A stretch of DNA of 64,000 bases, taken from assembly GCF_001194135.2 (NCBI RefSeq), contig NC_068982.1, positions 40,160,068 to 40,224,067 of the forward strand. The letters run 5' to 3'. A model generated the notes under the pieces. It was not told the DNA's origin and made no database searches. It worked only from the letters and a program-made list of their open reading frames with translations. The position numbers and the translations under genes were made by a program. Of this stretch, positions 52,325 through 64,000 are shown in pieces; the stretch's first letter is position 1; every line of letters starts with the position of its first letter. The DNA comes from Octopus bimaculoides. Lineage: Eukaryota.

Positions 52325-54541
52325 CAGGGGTTCCCAACTTTCTTTTGCTGTGGACCACCAAAATAAGTTGTTTTTTTTCCTGTGGACCACCTCAAATTTT
52401 TAATTTACTATAAAAGAACTGCTACTCATAAATATTAGTATCATCTTCAGTTTTCAATGAAAGTTCCTTTTTCGTTCTTGTAAGGGACATCACAGAGAAC
52501 AAATAACTGAGAACACCAATAACAAAACTAATTTGCAAATGCACATGATTCTCAAAGAAGTTTTATTTGATAGAATCGAATAGAAAAGATTACTGAGTCG
52601 TGGAAAACACACCCTTGTATTCGGAAGAAAAACTGTACAGTTAAAATATAACGATGTAAAGAGTAAATTCAAAAAAATGTGAGGAGTGAAGTTGGGATCA
52701 GTAGAAAAGGTCGTGTAAACGTTTGAGGGAATATAACAAATTGAATTAACTTTAAAATGTCAGCGATAAGTCGTCGGGCACAACGTCGAGAAACCTTCAG
52801 TGAAACCCTTAGGCTTGCTTTGTATCCGCAAGCTGAGAAATCCTTGGCTCTTTCTGGCTCAAGCGAATTCTCAAATCAGCATCGTTATCGTGGTTCAAAC
52901 GCCTCCGCTGCTTCGTGAACGAGTGGAAGACAAGGGAAAATCCCTTTGCAACCAAAAAGGATGTAGGGAGATTTATAATAAAAAGCTCGACTTGTTCAAA
53001 CAGCTTTGAATATTCGCGAGAATGATTCAACCAAGTTGTTTTCAGACGATTTGCGCAGATTATCATCTACCGTCGCCTCACTTAGCTCCATCTGAACGCA
53101 TTCTGGTTGAACAAGTATATTGTTCATAGGAATTGTGTGAAGAGAGTCCACAAAAATTGGGATATTTAAAGACAAAAGATCTTCAAAACGAATATTGAAG
53201 TTTTCGTGAAGGAAAGATATTTGCCCGATTATATATTTGTGCAATCGTTATCTACCACAACAGTTTTTAAGTTCGCGAACTGCAGAAAGTTATGATCTTC
53301 AATTGAAGGTTTCCAAAGAAAGAGTTTATTCACAAACGCCCCTATCAAATGTCTGGCTCGTACAATGTTGATGTTTTGCTTTTGTAAAGAAATATTGAGA
53401 TCATTAAGTTTTTGAAAGATTTCATATAAATAAAAAATTACAGATTTTTTCTGAGAAAGTGATGCTGTCATAGTTGGATCAGTTTGTTGAACAAACTCTA
53501 TGACTTAATCGAAAGTACCACAAAACGTCCGAGACAACTTCCCATTGATAGTCAGCGTATATCTGTCGAATACAACACACGGCCGAACGTTTCATCTTTA
53601 CAAGCTTCTTGAAAATGCCTGTCTTGATGAGCAGATCTTTTGATCTTTTTACTGCAGAAGCAATTAAGTCTAGGGTTTCAGAAAATATATTATTTCCGGT
53701 TCTTTTTGCTATCGGGTTTTCGCGATAGAGAACACAATGAATTGTGAAGACGGGATTAAATTCGATCCATCTAGAAACAAAACCCTGGGATTTCACAATC
53801 ATAGATTTTTGAGCGATGAAGATGAGACATTTTTTTTTGCGATGGTATTCTTCAAAGTACTCCTTTGGCTTGCCAACGAAACCAGAATGGATTTTTTGTA
53901 GATGATACAACAATTTTGAGGGTTTCATTGAGACGTTAGTTAATACTTTTGAGCAGATAATACACTGTGGTAAAAAAGGATCTTCTACACTGGATACAAA
54001 ACTAAATTTTATATAATCTTCGTGATATCGTCTACAGAATCTTTTTTCCGAGTCGGTGGACGGAGAATTAAGGGAACGTTTTTCCATATCATTGACAGCA
54101 TAATTTCTACAGATTACAATTAGACTAACACTTGCGTAAAAATGTACGTACCTGGAGAGGTAATACGATATGTTGGGTAAGCTGTAAGAACTGCGGTTTC
54201 GTTAGTAATCCTCAATTCAAAAGTCAGGTAGAAAACACGATCGCCTTAACCGGCCGAGAACACACAATCTTTTGTGTGTTTTTAATGCGCGCAAACGTGG
54301 ATCCGATTGTACACGTCTGTACCTGTCTGGTACGTGTCCGCGTATGATTGAATAGCTAATCGTCCAATAGGCAATGAGTGCATTCGTATGTGCTCACGGA
54401 TATGCGATGAGGCACATTTCGTTTGCGTGGCATGTGCGTGTACGGAAAAATTTTAATTCTTCAGGTGGACCACAGAAAGGTGGACCACAGAAAGGTGGAC
54501 CACAGAAAGGTGGACCTGGTTCACCAGGTTGGGAACCCCTT
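52325..54541 (-). mobile_element. hAT DNA transposon, Buster/Charlie type, 2217 bp internal-deletion derivative with both ends
   Basis: TIRs CAGGGGTTCCCAAC / GTTGGGAACCCCTT; identical 8 bp TSD ATCTAGAG at 52317-52324 and 54542-54549; subterminal GTGGACCAC motifs at both ends. Confidence 0.92.
52797..54087 (-). pseudogene. disrupted Buster-type hAT transposase
   Basis: BED finger (PQCIIC...MKPSKL..HL...H), CxxH-region remnant HCVLYRE, IR*LSMG (RWLS), YLYEIFQKLNDLNISLQ, C-terminal KGFS...RL...DLRIRLS..EPRI; N-terminal catalytic core deleted; stops and frameshifts. Confidence 0.88.
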
Positions 54542-55842
54542 ATCTAGAGTAAGGAGTCAAAACTGTAACATTTTACGGTTCAATACTCCGCTAAAAATCC
54601 TGTGAGTTCTACATGTTATAGATGAAGAATTATTTTTTAAAAGAGCGCTTCGATAAAATTTTATGAGTTACCAGGTGAATCCACATCAAGATAAGAAATG
54701 CAAATACAAGTGGCACTCTCCAACTTACTGATCTACCAGAACAAAGTACAGAGAGAGGGGTATGGAAGTGAACTGAACTATACTAGCTATTACAATTATA
54801 GCAGTACCCAGGTATGATCACATCAAGTTGATATAATGGTAATGAAAAGCACATGAAGTATGTTTTCAAAATGGAGAACGACAATGGCTATGACTTATTT
54901 TATGTTCTTTTTACCTTATGTTAATTAAAAATGAATTATTTCACTTTAGTTTGCAAAATTTTGACGTATGTGTAAGCCATATCGAGAGCTTCACTCCTAC
55001 ATTCTTGTCTTAATTCGTTTTCTCTGTGCATGTCGTTTCAACAGTATAAATCAAATATGGATAAATAAACTGTTTTATTATTCTCTCCACTGATTCCCAA
55101 TGACATAGATATGAAATACCAGTGGTTGTCTATTTTTTGTTCTGACTATTTCACTGGCTAACTGGCTGGTTGGGTGGTTGGCTGGCTGGCCGGTTGGCTG
55201 CCTAGCATTTTGTAATGATTTATCTTTGTCGGCATGGTAATTGAAAAGCAATGTATTGCATTTTTTGATATACAGAAATTATTTCAACAATGGTTAAAAT
55301 GTACTAAGTATATAAAGTAGAACAAAGACATTTAGAAGCACTATTTCAATGAAATTTCAACATGTTAGGAAGCCAAAACAATGTAGTTTAATAAATCATA
55401 GTTTTATTTATTTACTTTTTCCTTCATTTCATCTTATTCATCTACTTATATGAGATTGATAAGCAAAAAATTACCGGCATAATATGAGTAAAAAAACTAA
55501 AAAATCAAAATGATTTATGACCATTATAATTAAAAAGTGGTCTACTTCATTTTGCTACTTTCAAAATCTATGTCCACTGCAACTGTAACATTTTTGCATA
55601 TAAATTTAATTCACTTAAGTGAGTATATTATGATTTCATAAGACTTCAATTCGTTTTACTTTGCAAGATGCCGACACATGCTTAAATATTTTCAGCGTAA
55701 AATCTTTCACCCACCATCTCATTCTCTCACTACCCCACTCTTGAGACATAATAAATACAATTTCCAACTTCGAAAACAACCATGACTGGTCTTCAAATGC
55801 CATCATTGGAATAAACAAATACACACACAAACTTATACACAT

Positions 55843-56247
55843 ATGCACACAAATATCTACACACACATACACACACACACACACGCTCACACACACACAT
55901 ATATATATACATATATTTGCATGTATGTATGAATATATACGTATAAATATATGTATATGCATATATATATCTATATATATATATGTGTTTGTCTCGGTGT
56001 GTGTGTGTGTGTGTGACCGTGTGTGTGAGTGTGTGTGTGTGTGTGACCATGTGTGTATCGATGCACACAAATATCTGCACACACACACACACACACACGC
56101 TCACACACACACGTGCTCACACACGCACGTGCTCACACACACACGTGCTCACACACACAAGTGCTCACACACACACATATATACACATATATTTGCATGT
56201 ATGTATGTATATATACATATAAATATATGTATATGCATATATATATC

Positions 56248-56303
<56 letters not shown>

Positions 56304-56317
56304 TGACCGTGTGTGTG

Positions 56318-56355
<38 letters not shown>

Positions 56356-56368
56356 CATGTGTGTATCG
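55843..56368. repeat. tandem duplication of a complex microsatellite block (about 55843-56060 and 56061-56368)
   Basis: Both units share CACACAAATATCT, TATATTTGCATGTATGTATG, GTGACCGTGTG and ACCATGTGTGTATCG. Confidence 0.8.
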
Positions 56369-56369
56369 T

Positions 56370-56529
56370 TGGCGAATTTCTTTCTCCGTCCTCCTTTCGG
56401 ACTTTTTCTATATTTCTCATGAAGAGCTCCGCTTGAAACGTGAAACCCTCATTCTTTTCCTTCCTTTCCTGAGCGTCCAATAACACAGTACTTGTTCCAC
56501 GTCCTAGCGTTGCTGTTTTTTCTTGCTTG
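56370..56529 (+). mobile_element. P1-related repeat with degenerate hammerhead-like motif at 56413-56445
   Basis: TTT-CTCATGA-A-GAGC-TCC-GCTT-GAAAC-GTG-AAA; G5 and H17 are non-canonical. Confidence 0.4.
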
Positions 56530-56963
56530 NNNNNNNNNNNNNNNNNNNNNNNNNNNNNNNNNNNNNNNNNNNNNNNNNNNNNNNNNNNNNNNNNNNNNNN
56601 NNNNNNNNNNNNNNNNNNNNNNNNNNNNNNNNNNNNNNNNNNNNNNNNNNNNNNNNNNNNNNNNNNNNNNNNNNNNNNNNNNNNNNNNNNNNNNNNNNNN
56701 NNNNNNNNNNNNNNNNNNNNNNNNNNNNNNNNNNNNNNNNNNNNNNNNNNNNNNNNNNNNNNNNNNNNNNNNNNNNNNNNNNNNNNNNNNNNNNNNNNNN
56801 NNNNNNNNNNNNNNNNNNNNNNNNNNNNNNNNNNNNNNNNNNNNNNNNNNNNNNNNNNNNNNNNNNNNNNNNNNNNNNNNNNNNNNNNNNNNNNNNNNNN
56901 NNNNNNNNNNNNNNNNNNNNNNNNNNNNNNNNNNNNNNNNNNNNNNNNNNNNNNNNNNNNNNN

Positions 56964-57198
56964 GGCACATAAAAGACACCATTTCGAGCGTGGCCGTTTT
57001 CGTGCGGGTGACACGTAAAAGCACCCACTACACTCTCTGAGTGGTTGGCGTTAGGAAGGGCATCCAGCTGTAGAAACTCTGCCAAATCAGACTGGAGCCT
57101 GGTGTTGCCATCCGGTTTCACCAGTCCTCAGTCAAATCGTCCAACCCATGCTAGCATGGAAAGCGGACGTTAAACGATGATGATGATGATGATGATGA
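56964..57198 (+). mobile_element. 3' half of a SINE with V-domain-like segment and (GAT)n tail
   Basis: GGCGTTAGGAAGGGCATCCAGCTGTAGAAA resembles the V-SINE conserved domain; ends GGACGTTAAAC(GAT)n; 5' part lost in the gap. Confidence 0.6.
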
Positions 57199-57814
57199 TA
57201 TATACATAAAATTATTAAAATTATATATATACATAAAATTATCAGAATGAGATAAAAATACAGGGCTGTGAAAGATTTTAGAACATTTATAAATAGAAGG
57301 TCATGCAGCTATTTCCGGGAAATTTTATATATCCCTTCATCGGAGACAGTGTGAGAAAATGGTTAAGCAATAGATATTTTTGATAAGATATGAAATAGAG
57401 AGTAGAGTGGAGGAATGAAAATAGACCTGAGATATGCAGGGATATTGCATCTGTAGATATATTATTTAGGCATAATGGTATACATATAATATTCCAATAC
57501 CTTTTGAGTAAGTTCCAATAGTATTTAAAATGAGTCATACCAAGTATAGAGTTTGTACACAGTGTTATTGAATTGAAGGTTTTATTTAAAGTGACTTAAA
57601 AGTTGGGAATTGTTTTATAAATTTGACCGACTTGTATTGAACAAAGTTTTAGAGAGGTTATCAGTCGGCGGGCGCTGGTGCCTCTCCCATTTTCATTCTT
57701 TCTCTTGTATTCATCTTCATTCATTAATGTCCGTGTCCAGTCCGTAGCTTCTTCATGTTTGTTTGTCTTTGTTTTTCCCCTCTATGTAACGCCGTGTGGC
57801 GAATTTTTATATAA

Positions 57815-57959
57815 TAAAGAAGCTTGCTTCCCAACTACATGGTTCCGGTTTCAATACCACTGCCTGGCACCTTGGGCAAATATCTTATACTATAGCCTCG
57901 GGCCAACCAAAGTATAGTAAGCGGATTTCGTAGACGGAAAATGAAAACATCCCATATAC

Positions 57960-57960
<1 letters not shown>
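57815..57960 (+). mobile_element. SINE family A 5' half
   Basis: ACATGGTTCCGGTTTC...GGCACCTTGGGCAAA...TATAGCCTCGGGCC. Confidence 0.75.
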
Positions 57961-58020
<60 letters not shown>

Positions 58021-58037
58021 TGTCTGTGTGTGTATAA

Positions 58038-58119
<82 letters not shown>

Positions 58120-58503
58120 TTGGAAGGCTTTATGTTTTTCGACCTGTATGAATGAATATATCAAGATTACTTTATATATATGTGTGTATGTGTATTTGTG
58201 TATATTTGTGTTCGTGAGTGTGTATATGTGTGTGCGCAAATATATATTTGCTTTTGGTTTGTTTGAAACATTAAGTAAGTTGAAAATATGTCTTTGTTAA
58301 AGACATTTCCAATGCAAATGAAGCTATAATAGTGAGTAATGTATTAAAAAATACATCCCTTCAACACGCTAAGTGTTACACTAAGGAAAAACTGACAACA
58401 TTACTTCGTCAAAGTCGGAGTATTTATCACTGCAAGCGAAAAGGTAAATTTGATGGTTCTTATCATAGGCGCATCTATATGTATTATATATGTATGTGTG
58501 CGT

Positions 58504-58559
<56 letters not shown>

Positions 58560-59494
58560 NNNNNNNNNNNNNNNNNNNNNNNNNNNNNNNNNNNNNNNNN
58601 NNNNNNNNNNNNNNNNNNNNNNNNNNNNNNNNNNNNNNNNNNNNNNNNNNNNNNNNNNNNNNNNNNNNNNNNNNNNNNNNNNNNNNNNNNNNNNNNNNNN
58701 NNNNNNNNNNNNNNNNNNNNNNNNNNNNNNNNNNNNNNNNNNNNNNNNNNNNNNNNNNNNNNNNNNNNNNNNNNNNNNNNNNNNNNNNNNNNNNNNNNNN
58801 NNNNNNNNNNNNNNNNNNNNNNNNNNNNNNNNNNNNNNNNNNNNNNNNNNNNNNNNNNNNNNNNNNNNNNNNNNNNNNNNNNNNNNNNNNNNNNNNNNNN
58901 NNNNNNNNNNNNNNNNNNNNNNNNNNNNNNNNNNNNNNNNNNNNNNNNNNNNNNNNNNNNNNNNNNNNNNNNNNNNNNNNNNNNNNNNNNNNNNNNNNNN
59001 NNNNNNNNNNNNNNNNNNNNNNNNNNNNNNNNNNNNNNNNNNNNNNNNNNNNNNNNNNNNNNNNNNNNNNNNNNNNNNNNNNNNNNNNNNNNNNNNNNNN
59101 NNNNNNNNNNNNNNNNNNNNNNNNNNNNNNNNNNNNNNNNNNNNNNNNNNNNNNNNNNNNNNNNNNNNNNNNNNNNNNNNNNNNNNNNNNNNNNNNNNNN
59201 NNNNNNNNNNNNNNNNNNNNNNNNNNNNNNNNNNNNNNNNNNNNNNNNNNNNNNNNNNNNNNNNNNNNNNNNNNNNNNNNNNNNNNNNNNNNNNNNNNNN
59301 NNNNNNNNNNNNNNNNNNNNNNNNNNNNNNNNNNNNNNNNNNNNNNNNNNNNNNNNNNNNNNNNNNNNNNNNNNNNNNNNNNNNNNNNNNNNNNNNNNNN
59401 NNNNNNNNNNNNNNNNNNNNNNNNNNNNNNNNNNNNNNNNNNNNNNNNNNNNNNNNNNNNNNNNNNNNNNNNNNNNNNNNNNNNNNNNNNNNNN

Positions 59495-59531
<37 letters not shown>

Positions 59532-60089
59532 TATCGTTGGAGCCGCTCTGAATATGCAATATAGATTCATAATTGCTGATGTTGCCTCCAACTTCTAACT
59601 GTTTTTTTACCTTCCTCGTTTCCCGCCTCACTCTTCCAAACCTACACACACAACATATATCCTAATCATCCGCATATCTTCTATCCTTCTTTCCATCAAT
59701 AGTCCTTTATATTATGAGTGGCTATGGCTTCTGCCATACTATGCATACTTATTTCTTATAGAGGTTCTAGCCACATCATGTCTCATCGGTAGATTCGATG
59801 TTAACTCTATTATGTCTGCATCGGTTGTCACATTTTACTGCTTTTCCTGCATCTCTATCCCTTTTGTGCATCAAGTACTTGGTTGATATTTCCTGTTCCT
59901 TGATTGCAAGTGCATACCTTTCAAAGTGAGAGGTAATAATCTGGTTATTGGTCCATGGTAGATTGCTTTCGTGATCAATGTTACTATCATCTCGGTGCTT
60001 CCTACTGACATATCCATGTATGTATGCATGTATATGCACACGCATGTATGTACGTAATTAAACAAACTCCTGTGTCGCTAATTTATCAA

Positions 60090-60800
60090 AACAAAAGCAG
60101 GAGTTGAACAATTGCATTAGTTTTCGACTTCTCCTTTGCTCGGAACTGCTGAGGTATAGATTGTATGCAGCGTGTTCCAGCAATAACAAACCCAGTTTTC
60201 AATGGTTTCAACGGTGAAGGTAGTGTTAAATGGGCGTGCATTGTCATGCAACAATACCATATGCATTAGTAATAGACCTCAACATTTGGTACAAACAGCT
60301 GGTTTGTTTGATAGCCAGCATTGACTCTAAACATCTCTCCCAGTTGATGTTCTGGTATGAGTCCCAAAAAACGATTAGCACTATTTTTTTCTACAGAAGG
60401 TTCGGTCTTGAATTTCGCTAACGATTTCTGGTGTTTCCATTCCATGCTCTGCCTTTTGGATTCTGGCTCACAGTGTTGGACCCAGGTATCATCTCCTGTG
60501 AATCTTCACCCGCAAAGAGTTTCGACTTCATCGTTGAAGCGGTCGAGTAATCGCTGAAAAATTTGCGTTAGGCGCTTCGGTAAGCTCTTTTTGCACCCAA
60601 CTTGCACAGGCTTTACGGAAGCGCAGCTTTTAGATGCAGAATCATCTCTCTCGCTTTTTGAATCTTTATGCCTTGTGGAGAAGTTGATGGGCATTCTGCT
60701 TCATCTACGTTCTTTATGTTTGTCATGCAATTCTTAAATTTCTCGTTCCATTCATTGACACTTCTTCGCTGTAAAGCGCTTCCCCCAGATTATACTGAAA
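60090..60800 (-). pseudogene. decayed mariner (DD34D) transposase
   Basis: ALQRRSVNEWNEKFKN (HTH), GDDTWVQHCEPESKRQSMEWKH, VLIVFWD, LLHDNARP and a degenerate YSPDL-like motif. Confidence 0.8.
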
Positions 60801-60939
60801 ACCTGCAATGAATATCAGCCACTGACAACTTCAGAGCAGAGAAATCGGATCACTGATATCTGTTTTTTTTTTCTTTTTTTTTTTTTTTNNNNNNNNNNTT
60901 TTTTTTTTTTTTTTTTTTTTTTTTGGTGCTCACTACCAG

Positions 60940-61330
60940 TGGATCGGCCATGCGTATTCTATAACTCCAGAAAGATAAGTGAAACAATCAATGTTAAACC
61001 CCGGTTACGTAACCACAAAACCACGCGAATAATTTTTGACCCTCCCACGTCTGTCTGTGTGTATGGGTGTGTGTGTGTGTGTATTTCTGTCCTTAGCTTC
61101 TACTTCCTTCAGCAGAAGATAACTCCACAACAGACAATCTGAGTACCCTTCTTGTCGGCATACGCAGTGCAACTTTTTAGATAACTTCCACAACGAAGAG
61201 TGTTTTTGAGTCCAGGACGACATGAAAAGCGCTTTGTGTAACTATTATAGAAAGTAAGAAAGAATACAATGGTAGCTAATTGTATCCAAACACTTGCTCG
61301 TATTACACACGACTCACATTCGTATTTACA
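60940..61330 (+). pseudogene. second decayed mariner transposase fragment (C-terminal part)
   Basis: Remnant NFLDNFHNEECF*VQDDMKSAL resembles the mariner C-terminus that follows YSPDL; split by a (GT)n repeat. Confidence 0.4.
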
Positions 61331-61592
61331 CATATACAGGCAAACAACTACATACATACATATATACATACGTACATACGTACGTACGTACGTACATAAA
61401 ATATATATATATATATATATATATACATACATGTAAACGTTCGTGTATGTATTAGGAAAAAGTGTTTGCTTGCCTATCGCTCTTGATTTTCATTACAATG
61501 ATGTCAAAAGATATCGAAACAGCAACATAGAAACACAGAAGGAAAAGATATATATACATATGTGTGCGGTGTGTGGGGGTTGCATGTGTGTC

Positions 61593-61665
<73 letters not shown>

Positions 61666-61779
61666 GTGAAAGTGTGTGTACATGTATAAGTAGCAGCATT
61701 CAAATAGTATGTTTCATAGGTTATAAATCAAGTAGAATTCTGTTCAATAGCGAGACAAATGATTTATATTACAACTCAT

Positions 61780-62165
61780 TGGCGTGACTCTATAGTGAGA
61801 AGTTTGCTTCCTAGCTACATGGTTCGAGGTTCAGTTGCATTGCTTGGCACCTTGGCCAAGTGCAGATTAAAGCTTGGTGAATGGGTTTAGCAGACGGAAA
61901 CTGAAAGAATCTGTCGTATACATGTGTTTGAGTGTGTGTGTGACTGTGTTTGCGTTTATGTATGTGTGTGTAAATATGTGTTTGTTCATCACTGCGTCTT
62001 CACAACCGGAGCTGGCTTGTTTACATCCACTTAACTTCATGGTTTTGGTAATAAGTGACGATAAAATAAATACCAAGTTTTAAAAAGTTAGTAGTGGGAT
62101 AGATGTTTTGGACTAACTCTTAAGATGCTCCAGCATGACTGTACTTCAATGACAGAAACAAGAAC
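61780..62165 (+). mobile_element. SINE family A, diverged full length
   Basis: Head, GGCACCTTGGCCAAGTG core, internal (GT) repeat and GCTCCAGCATG...GACAGAAACAAG tail. Confidence 0.75.
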
Positions 62166-62189
62166 GATGAAATGTAACGAAAAAATATA

Positions 62190-63142
62190 GGCGCAGGAGT
62201 GGCTGTGTGGTAAGTAGGTTGCTTACGAACCACATGGTTCCGGATTCAGTCCCACTGCGTGGCACATTGTGTCTTTTAATATAACTTCGTATATTAATAT
62301 ATATATATATATATTAATATAGCAAGTGTCTTTTAGTATAGCTTCGGGCCGATCAGAGTTTTGTCAATGGACTTCGGAGACAGAAACTGAAAGAAGACCA
62401 TTATATATATACGCAATGGCCTACTCGCTAGGGCAGCTGACTCGCGGTCGTAGGATCCCGGTATCGATTCCCAGACCGGGCATTGTGAGTGTTTATTGAG
62501 CGAAAACACCTAATGCTCAACGAGGCCCCGGCAGGAGGTGGTGATCTTTAGTGTACTCTTTCACCACAACCTTCTCTCACTCTTTCTTCCTGTTTCTGTT
62601 GTACCTGTATTTCGAAGGTCAAGCCTTTTCACAATCTGTTTCACGCTGAATTTCCCCGAGAACTACATTAAGGGTACACGTGTCTGTGGACTGCTCAGTC
62701 ATTTGCACGTTAGTAAATGAGCTGCGACGTCACTGGTGCCAAGCTGTATCGGCCTTTGCCTTTCCCTTAGATAAAATCGGTAGCGTAGAGAGGGGAGGCT
62801 GGTATGCATGGGCAACTGCTGGTCTTCCATAAACAACCTTGCCCAGACTTGTGCATCGGAGGGAAACTTTGTAGGTGCAATCCCATGGTCATTCATGTCC
62901 GAAGGGGGTCACAACAAATATATGTATATGTTTACGTGTCTGTGTTTGTCCCCCACCATCGCTTAACAACCGATGTTGGTGTGTATACGTCCTCATAATT
63001 TAACGGTTCGGGAAAAGAGACCGATTAAATAAGTACAAGGCTAACAAAGAATACGTCCTGGGGTCGACTTGTTCGACTAAAGGCGGTGCTCCAGCATGGC
63101 CGAAGTCAAATGACTGAAACAAATAAAAGAATAAAAGAATAA
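62190..63142 (+). mobile_element. SINE family A with a ~500 bp nested insertion in its internal microsatellite
   Basis: Head 62190-62410, tail 62915-63142 ending (AATAAAAG)n; both halves collinear with other family A copies. Confidence 0.85.
62413..62910 (+). mobile_element. nested tRNA-headed SINE, possibly chimeric
   Basis: TGGCCTACTCGCTAGGGC A-box-like and GTATCGATTCCC B-box-like head; flanked by the host SINE (TA) repeat. Confidence 0.6.
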
Positions 63143-63175
63143 CGTAATAATTTACAACGTTTAATATACTAAGTA

Positions 63176-63395
63176 AGCAGGGCGGTGAGCTGGCAGAAAC
63201 GTTAGCATCGCGGATAAAATGCTTAGCGGCATTTCATTCACCTTTGCGTTCTGATTTCAAGTTCCACCGTGGTCTACTTTGCCTTTCATCCTTTCGGGAT
63301 CGGTAAAATAAGTACCCGTTGAGAACTGGAATCCATGTACTCGACTTAGCCTCTTCCCCGAAATATTTAGCCTTGTGCTGAAATTTGTAACAAAG
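63176..63395 (+). mobile_element. SINE family B, full length
   Basis: GGCGGTGAGCTGGCAGAA head; GCCTTTCATCCTTTCGGGATCGGTAAAATAAGTACC central Deu/Nin-like segment. Confidence 0.85.
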
Positions 63396-63439
63396 ATACT
63401 AAACAAATGTCCGAAATGGGGTTCCTCCAATGTATCTCA

Positions 63440-63830
63440 GGAATATTATTACGTCATTGGGTGCGTATCACGGAGATTATGGGGCCTCTAAAGATTAAGC
63501 TATTATTTTCCGATTAAGAGGTGACAGGTGAGGTACGGACATATGATTAGAATATTGAAGAAAAGACTCACAGGACAGATTCTTCAATGATGGTTACTTC
63601 TGATAAGACACTGTGAAAGAGATATCTGAGGACTCTTCCCCCTCGACCTTCCAGGAATTAATGTCCAGAGAAAATGAGTCGATGAATCAAAATAAATTAT
63701 AACTATGGCTTAACGTATGAAATGTTGATGATATGGAGTTATGTCACACAAAATACTTCAAATTTAAGACTTTTGAGGATAACGCAGAATTCACCAGATC
63801 AAAGGAGTTTGAAAGCAATTTTGTTATAGT
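63440..63830 (+). mobile_element. decayed RTE-like LINE 3' coding relic
   Basis: GHMIRILKKRLTGQIL resembles the GHVxRM...RLPKQIL motif of RTE-clade C-termini; many stops. Confidence 0.35.
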
Positions 63831-64000
63831 TTTTATGGTGCTGAATGACAATAAAGATTAGTAAACTCTCAGGCAGGATTAGGGCTATGTTAATGAGATT
63901 TCAAAATACTTCATAAAATCATAGAGGGCTGTAATATAAATTATAGTGAGGAAAGAAATTAACACCGAGGGATGCAATGATGTACGAGATATATATACAA

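Noticed and set aside
53479-54087. Domesticated ZBED5/SCAND3-like host gene
   Set aside because: Enclosed by TIRs and a TSD, core deleted, downstream frames broken: a transposon remnant.
54463-54516. CRISPR-like array (also 26061-26128)
   Set aside because: Head-to-tail repeats without spacers, eukaryotic context, no cas genes.
58386-58443. Short plus-strand exon candidate ending AAAG/GTAAAT
   Set aside because: Weak acceptor, ambiguous frame, competing minus-strand sites and no recognisable peptide.
59580-60000. Possible RTE RT relic on the minus strand
   Set aside because: Only faint resemblance; no diagnostic motif retained.

Overview
A 64 kb AT-rich eukaryotic window, dense in microsatellites and transposon relics, with many N gaps (short-read assembly). 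The SINE repertoire and microsatellite load suggest an octopus genome; this is inference from recalled repeat families, not a database hit. No intact protein-coding gene, rRNA, tRNA gene or CRISPR array is supportable, and nearly all ORFs in the track are gap or microsatellite artefacts. Contents: (1) two abundant tRNA-derived SINE families (A with a CORE-like segment, B with a Deu/Nin-like segment) plus minor SINEs; (2) at least four decayed R4/Dong-clade RLE-type LINEs, all on the minus strand, the two best preserved flanked by (AAT)n; (3) Penelope-type repeats carrying hammerhead ribozyme motifs, one canonical-looking (4915-4967) and one multi-copy variant-core family; (4) an internally deleted Buster/Charlie hAT element with both TIRs and a perfect 8 bp TSD (52325-54541); (5) a Helentron-type non-autonomous element, two mariner relics and an RTE relic; (6) two foldback MITEs. 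The most unusual structure is the 625 bp MITE at 30916-31540, with 38 bp TIRs, an apparent 6 bp TSD and a central (TAACCC)8-TA-(GGGTTA)7 telomere-repeat palindrome. A few weak exon candidates are flagged but not identified.
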